The translations under genes were made by a program, and so were the position numbers. The notes under the pieces were generated by a model. That model ran no database searches. It saw only the letters and a program-made list of their open reading frames with translations, and was not told the origin of the DNA. This document shows positions 27,722-32,000 of a DNA stretch of 32,000 nucleotides, one piece after another; the stretch's first letter is position 1; every line of letters starts with the position of its first letter. The stretch comes from Erysipelotrichaceae bacterium (GTDB lineage: Bacteria > Bacillota_I > Bacilli_A > Erysipelotrichales > Erysipelotrichaceae), in NCBI GenBank assembly GCA_963676105.1, contig OY781039.1:1440001-1472000 (forward strand), given 5' to 3'.

Positions 27722-27775
27722 TTTTTACAATTATATACCCTTTAATGTTCGGTTTAAAGGAATTTTAAGCTCCAA

Positions 27776-28216
27776 TTAACCTTTAATAACCAATTGACCC
27801 GTTATTTTTGCGCCAGCTTCTACTTGAATGTCTTTTGCATCAATATTGCCAATAACTTCAGCATGTTCGCTTAAATATATTGAATTACTTACTGTTATAT
27901 TGCCTTCAATCTTTCCAGATAGTGATAGACTTTCTGCTTTTACATCACCTTTAATTAAACTATCAATGAGTAACTCACAATTTGATGCGCATTCCACACT
28001 ACCCGTAATTGAACCTAGTTCTAAAAACAATTGATCAACACTCACATTCCCCTCGATACTAGCGTTGTTTTCAAGTATTACTTTCTCACTAGAAATAAGA
28101 TTTCCAATAATTTGTCCTTTATGAATAAACGTCTCATTTAATTTAACATCACCAATAATCTTCATCCCTGAACTAATTAAAGATTGAGTATGGTTCGCAC
28201 TTGTTTGATATGACAT
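27776..28216 (-). CDS. Bactofilin (polymer-forming cytoskeletal protein, DUF583 beta-helix)
   Basis: 146 aa of repeated G-x-(I/V)-x-G-(D/N)-(V/I) turns (IIGDVKL, IIGNLIS, IEGNVSV, ITGSVEC, IKGDVKA, IEGNITV, VIGNIDA, ITGQLVI). Essentially no terminal tails. Confidence 0.8.
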   Translation of the reverse strand: MSYQTSANHTQSLISSGMKIIGDVKLNETFIHKGQIIGNLISSEKVILENNASIEGNVSVDQLFLELGSITGSVECASNCELLIDSLIKGDVKAESLSLSGKIEGNITVSNSIYLSEHAEVIGNIDAKDIQVEAGAKITGQLVIKG

Positions 28217-28258
28217 TTAATCCCCCATTTCTATATAAATATACTTATTTATATAAAT

Positions 28259-28267
28259 ATTTTAACA
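28259..28267 (-). promoter_or_regulatory. Extended -10 box TGtTAAAAT upstream of the bactofilin gene
   Basis: Minus strand: atatgTGtTAAAATatttatataaataagtatatttatatagaaatGGGGGAttaaATG. Confidence 0.35.
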
Positions 28268-28292
28268 TATATAATTTATGAATCTTTGCTTT

Positions 28293-29384
28293 TTAAATAA
28301 AATACTCATTTCGTTTAGCTCTAAGATTATTTATCGACAAATGTTGCGCAATTGTATCACTGCTTTCTGAGCATAATGCAGCTGCACTTAGGGCTAATTG
28401 GACCGTTTCTTTTAAATCTAAATTATGTAATCTTGCATACACTAAAGTCGCAATAAAGGCATCGCCTGATCCCGTTGTATTTTTTACATGAACTCGAGGA
28501 TTCATATAGAAATTAGATTCACTTTTTGGTGAGGCATAGACCCCTTTTGCGCCTAAAGAAATAAATACACGCTTTACTCCAAGTTCATGCAGTTTATTAG
28601 CTGCTAACTTGATATCTTCATCTGTTCTAATTTGAATGCCAGTTAATATCTGTGCTTCGAGTTTATTAGGTTTTAAAGTATCTACTTTATCTAAGATGTT
28701 TTTGATTTTTAAAGCCTTGGTGGAAGAGACTGTATCAATAAAGATTGGCGCATCTGTATATTCACTCACCTCTTTCATGACCTCTTCACTTAAATTCGCA
28801 TCCATCACAATAATTTGAGCTGCTTGTATGAGTGATTTTTTTGTTTTTATAAATTCGACATTTAATTTGTCGATGCTTGCCATCGCATTAATCGCAACAC
28901 TCATGTCTCTATTTTCATCTAAAACAGATAAGTAAATTGAAGTTGTTTGATCTTTTAAAATTAAACTATCCGCCATATTTAAACCAATATCTATTGAATG
29001 TTTGAGAATCTTATTTCCAAAGGCATCATCACCGATAGCGGTTATTAGTTTTGTATTTAGACCAAGTTTCGTGCAGTTCTCCGCAATATTACGTCCAACA
29101 CCACCTAAAGATAATTCGATACTTCCAATATTTGAATCTCTAGGAATGAGTCGTTTATCAGGTATTCCATTAATATCCATATTGCTTGCGCCAATGACTA
29201 ATACATAAGGGTCTTCATTTAAGATATATCCCTTCCCTAAAATCAAACCTTTTTTCATCAAGTTTGTAATGTGAACTGCAGCACTAGAACGAGCTATTCC
29301 AAGTCGAAGTGCTAAGTCGTTTTGAGAAATGCTTGGCTCTGCTTTAATAATCTCTAAAATCTCTTTTTCTCTATCAGTTATCAT
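28293..29384 (-). CDS. N-terminal winged-helix HTH fused to a PfkB/ribokinase-family kinase (pseudouridine-kinase-like)
   Basis: HTH reads ILEIIKAEPSISQNDLALRLGIARSSAAVHITNLMKKGLI. The PfkB body has GGVGRNIA and the C-terminal anion-hole motif NTTGSGDAFIA. Confidence 0.82.
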   Translation of the reverse strand: MITDREKEILEIIKAEPSISQNDLALRLGIARSSAAVHITNLMKKGLILGKGYILNEDPYVLVIGASNMDINGIPDKRLIPRDSNIGSIELSLGGVGRNIAENCTKLGLNTKLITAIGDDAFGNKILKHSIDIGLNMADSLILKDQTTSIYLSVLDENRDMSVAINAMASIDKLNVEFIKTKKSLIQAAQIIVMDANLSEEVMKEVSEYTDAPIFIDTVSSTKALKIKNILDKVDTLKPNKLEAQILTGIQIRTDEDIKLAANKLHELGVKRVFISLGAKGVYASPKSESNFYMNPRVHVKNTTGSGDAFIATLVYARLHNLDLKETVQLALSAAALCSESSDTIAQHLSINNLRAKRNEYFI

Positions 29385-29417
29385 GATGTTTATCCTCTAA
29401 ACTTTTACTTATATTTA

Positions 29418-30077
29418 CTATAGCGCAAAAAAACGACCAGTGCATAGTCGTTTAGTATGGGATATTTTCTTTTCTATACTGGCTTTCCAGAAATAGAAGG
29501 ATGCAGCACTTAAATGTGGACTTAAGCGCTTCTTTATCTTGTTAAAGAAGGCTGGTGTAATTTCTTTTTTATGATAGATACGCATCATACCTCTAAGAAT
29601 CGCAAGATCACCATAAGATAAGATATCTTCCTTCTCTAAAGTAAAGATCAACAACATCTCTACTGTCCATCGTCCAACTCCTTTAATAGGAAGCAGTAAA
29701 TCACTGATTTCTTCAGAGCTTAATTTATGCAAATCATCAAAGGGTACAGAGCCATCAAGTTTTACCTGCGCAATATTCTTTAAGTACTGACTCTTTGAAT
29801 TAGACATTCCACACGAACGAATATCATCAATGGATGCATCTAATATTTTTTGTGGATCTCCATTTTCAAAGGCAGTAAAGAATCGATCTGAAATAGATTG
29901 TGCAGCTTTCGTACTTACTTGTTGAGAAATAATACAATCTAAGCAAGCTAAATATGGATCTTCAATACCCGTTCTAGATAAAGGACCCATCTTTTGAATA
30001 AAGGACCCTAAAATGGGATCCTTTTGGATGAGTTCATTCATTGCCTTTTCAGATACAGTGATTTGAAAAGTTTTCAT
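29418..30077 (-). CDS. alkA: DNA-3-methyladenine glycosylase II-like HhH-GPD protein (short AlkA type)
   Basis: HhH-GPD: IISQQVSTKAA, hairpin IKGVGRWTVEM and catalytic-Asp context SYGDLAI. The ATG overlaps the metG stop (ATGA). The last 11 codons run through a terminator hairpin. Confidence 0.82.
   Translation of the reverse strand: MKTFQITVSEKAMNELIQKDPILGSFIQKMGPLSRTGIEDPYLACLDCIISQQVSTKAAQSISDRFFTAFENGDPQKILDASIDDIRSCGMSNSKSQYLKNIAQVKLDGSVPFDDLHKLSSEEISDLLLPIKGVGRWTVEMLLIFTLEKEDILSYGDLAILRGMMRIYHKKEITPAFFNKIKKRLSPHLSAASFYFWKASIEKKISHTKRLCTGRFFAL
29425..29453 (-). terminator. Intrinsic terminator embedded in the 3' end of the alkA-like ORF
   Basis: Minus strand: AAACGAC-uaugcacug-GUCGUUU followed by UUUU. 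The ORF's TAG (29418-29420) lies downstream of the U-tract. Confidence 0.7.
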
Positions 30078-31984
30078 CGAATCGTAGAACCTGACTTGCT
30101 TTGCGCGAGTGTTAATAGTTCAAGTTCTTTGTCATCTTCAGCGACTAACAACATGCCTTCGGATACAACACCACGAAGTTTAGCTGGTTTTAGGTTAACC
30201 ACAATAACCACTTTTTTACCAATTAAATCAGCAGGTTTAAATTTTGGTCTTAAACCCGAAACAATGGTTCTAACTTCAGGCCCAACTTGAACTTTAGAGA
30301 CTAAGAGTTTATCGCTATCAGGATGTTCTTCGCACTCTAATACTTCACCTACTCTTAAATCAACTTTCGCAAAATCTTCTATGCCAATTTCATCTTTGGT
30401 TTCTAGTTTTTCAGGTTCTGGATTAAGCTTTTCCATAACCTCATTTGGATCTAAACGTGCGAATAAAATCGTAGGTTTCTCTGTAACCTTTACATTCTCT
30501 AATGTTCCATATGTTTTTAGCGAATCAAAGTCTCTGTGTTGAGTGTTGATTTGATCAAGAATTGATTTTGAAGTATCCGGTAAATAAGCCCCTAATAAAA
30601 CTGCCCCAATTCGAATTGACTCTAGCAAATTATATAAAACATCATTGAGTCTATCTTTTGAATCTTCGTCTTTAGCAAGTTTCCAAGGTTCGGTTTCATC
30701 AATATATTTATTACTACGTTTGAATAAATCAAAGATATGATCGATCGCAGCTTGTACACGTAGATGCTCCATCGCATCTTTAACAAGTTTTGGTGTTTCG
30801 CTTGCGAGTTTAATTAAAGCTTCATCTAATGGATCCACTTTAACTGCCTTTTTAATGTTTCCACTAAAATACTTATTACTCATAGATAATGTACGGTTAA
30901 CTAAATTCCCCATAACATTCGCGAGATCACTATTGATTCTTTCGACCATGATGTCATAAGTTAGTGTTCCATCTTGCGCAAAAGGCATTTCATGAAGCAT
31001 GAGATATCTCACCGCATCAACCCCAAAGAGTTTAACTAAGTCATCTGAATAAATGGTATTTCCTTTAGATTTAGACATCTTCCCTTCGCCAACAAGTAAC
31101 CAAGGATGACCAAAGACTTGCTTAGGAAGTTCAACATCTAAAGCCATTAACATAATTGGCCAATAAATGGTATGGAAACGTAGGATATCTTTACCAATTA
31201 AATGTAAGTTTGCTGGCCAGAAATCTTTGAAGCGTTGTTCGTGATTTCCATCAGCATCATAACCTAGTCCTGTAATATAGTTTGAGAGTGCATCTATCCA
31301 AACATAAACCACATGACCTTCATCAAAAGATACAGGTACACCCCATTTAAAAGATGATCGAGAAACACATAAGTCTTGTAAACCTGGTTTGATAAAATTA
31401 TTGATCATTTCATTTTTACGAGATTCTGGTTGAATAAATTCTGGATGATCTTGAATATGCTTAACTAAACGATCAGCATAATTTGATAGTTTAAAGAAGT
31501 AAGACTCTTCATGGGCTTCATGAACAGGTCCACCACAATCAGGGCAGTTACCATCCTCTAATTGAGCTTCTGTATAAAAGGATTCACAGGCTTTGCAGTA
31601 TAAACCTTTATATACATCTTTATAGATATCACCTTGATCATAGAGTTTCTTAAAGATCTTTTGAATTTGAAGTTCATGATATGGATCAGTTGTACGAATG
31701 AACTTATCATAAGATGTATTCATATCGTCAAATAAGCCTTTAATCACACCAGCGACTTCATCAACAAAGACTTGTGGTGTTTTATTTGCGGCTTTTGCCT
31801 TATCTTCAATCTTTTGACCATGCTCATCAGTTCCCGTCATAAAGAAAACATTGTAACCTTCATTGCGTCTAAAACGTGCAATCGCATCTGCGAGTACAAT
31901 TTCGTAAATGTTTCCAATGTGTGGCTTACCTGAGGTATAAGCAATGGCTGTTGTAATGTAATAGTTGTTTTCTGGTTTTGACAT
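30074..31984 (-). CDS. metG: Methionine--tRNA ligase with C-terminal tRNA-binding (Trbp111/EMAP-like) domain
   Basis: HIGH-type PHIGN, KMSKS, and zinc knuckle CKACESF...CPDCGG. The C-terminal OB fold reads DLRVGEVLECEEHPDSDKLL. TAGGAGAT SD at the window edge. Confidence 0.96.
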   Translation of the reverse strand: MSKPENNYYITTAIAYTSGKPHIGNIYEIVLADAIARFRRNEGYNVFFMTGTDEHGQKIEDKAKAANKTPQVFVDEVAGVIKGLFDDMNTSYDKFIRTTDPYHELQIQKIFKKLYDQGDIYKDVYKGLYCKACESFYTEAQLEDGNCPDCGGPVHEAHEESYFFKLSNYADRLVKHIQDHPEFIQPESRKNEMINNFIKPGLQDLCVSRSSFKWGVPVSFDEGHVVYVWIDALSNYITGLGYDADGNHEQRFKDFWPANLHLIGKDILRFHTIYWPIMLMALDVELPKQVFGHPWLLVGEGKMSKSKGNTIYSDDLVKLFGVDAVRYLMLHEMPFAQDGTLTYDIMVERINSDLANVMGNLVNRTLSMSNKYFSGNIKKAVKVDPLDEALIKLASETPKLVKDAMEHLRVQAAIDHIFDLFKRSNKYIDETEPWKLAKDEDSKDRLNDVLYNLLESIRIGAVLLGAYLPDTSKSILDQINTQHRDFDSLKTYGTLENVKVTEKPTILFARLDPNEVMEKLNPEPEKLETKDEIGIEDFAKVDLRVGEVLECEEHPDSDKLLVSKVQVGPEVRTIVSGLRPKFKPADLIGKKVVIVVNLKPAKLRGVVSEGMLLVAEDDKELELLTLAQSKSGSTIR

Positions 31985-32000
31985 AAGTTTATCTCCTACA

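Noticed and set aside
27739-27760. Hairpin CCTTTAA-N8-TTAAAGG after the bactofilin stop codon, considered as a terminator.
   Set aside because: It is not followed by a U-tract on either strand, so it was not called as an intrinsic terminator. It is mentioned only in relation to possible read-through into the regulator gene.
28232-28255. Inverted repeat TATATAAATA-tact-TATTTATATA in the bactofilin 5' region.
   Set aside because: The sequence is composed only of A and T. Such palindromes arise readily in AT-rich spacers and would form a very weak hairpin. Kept only as a possible protein-binding site with no supporting evidence.

Overview
Low-GC, Bacillota-type chromosomal segment. Hand-counted 60-nt rows mostly give about 30-35% GC. 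It is densely coding: 33 CDS, and the longest intergenic gap is 154 bp. I see no tRNA, rRNA, CRISPR, transposase or integrase.

Left part (1-9.4 kb): chrA (5'-truncated), a GH1 6-phospho-beta-glucosidase, a GldA-like Fe-ADH, murQ, an orphan PTS EIIA, purB, yigZ-hxlR-wrbA, and xpt overlapping a DMT permease.

Middle (8-22 kb): one co-directional minus-strand run with mostly overlapping or abutting junctions: mnmG-rsmG-noc-parA-parB-mnmE-tatD-3D lipoprotein-rnmV-rsmA-ispE-glmU-prs-xpt-eamA.

Right part (22-32 kb): an accessory-looking block between mnmG and metG. It holds a ferritin-VIT1 iron transporter, a YtrA-type GntR + ABC ATPase + 738-aa polytopic protein with a large uncharacterised C-terminal domain, an orphan REC-SARP/BTAD regulator, a bactofilin, an HTH-PfkB kinase fusion and a short AlkA-like glycosylase.

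Best candidates for something undescribed:
1. The GntR/ABC/738-aa module with its triple-repeat operator.
2. The AT-rich bactofilin + kinase-less REC-SARP pair.
3. A recurring 'terminator -> (TGn)-10 -> 6-11 nt -> ATG' architecture, implying several leaderless mRNAs.
4. An alkA ORF whose stop codon lies beyond its own intrinsic terminator.
5. A Noc paralogue without the N-terminal membrane-targeting segment, plus a 14/16 Noc-binding-site match.
6. An unusual fusion of the origin-proximal par/gid cluster into the metG-tatD locus.

All functional calls come from motif reading by eye. No database search was run.
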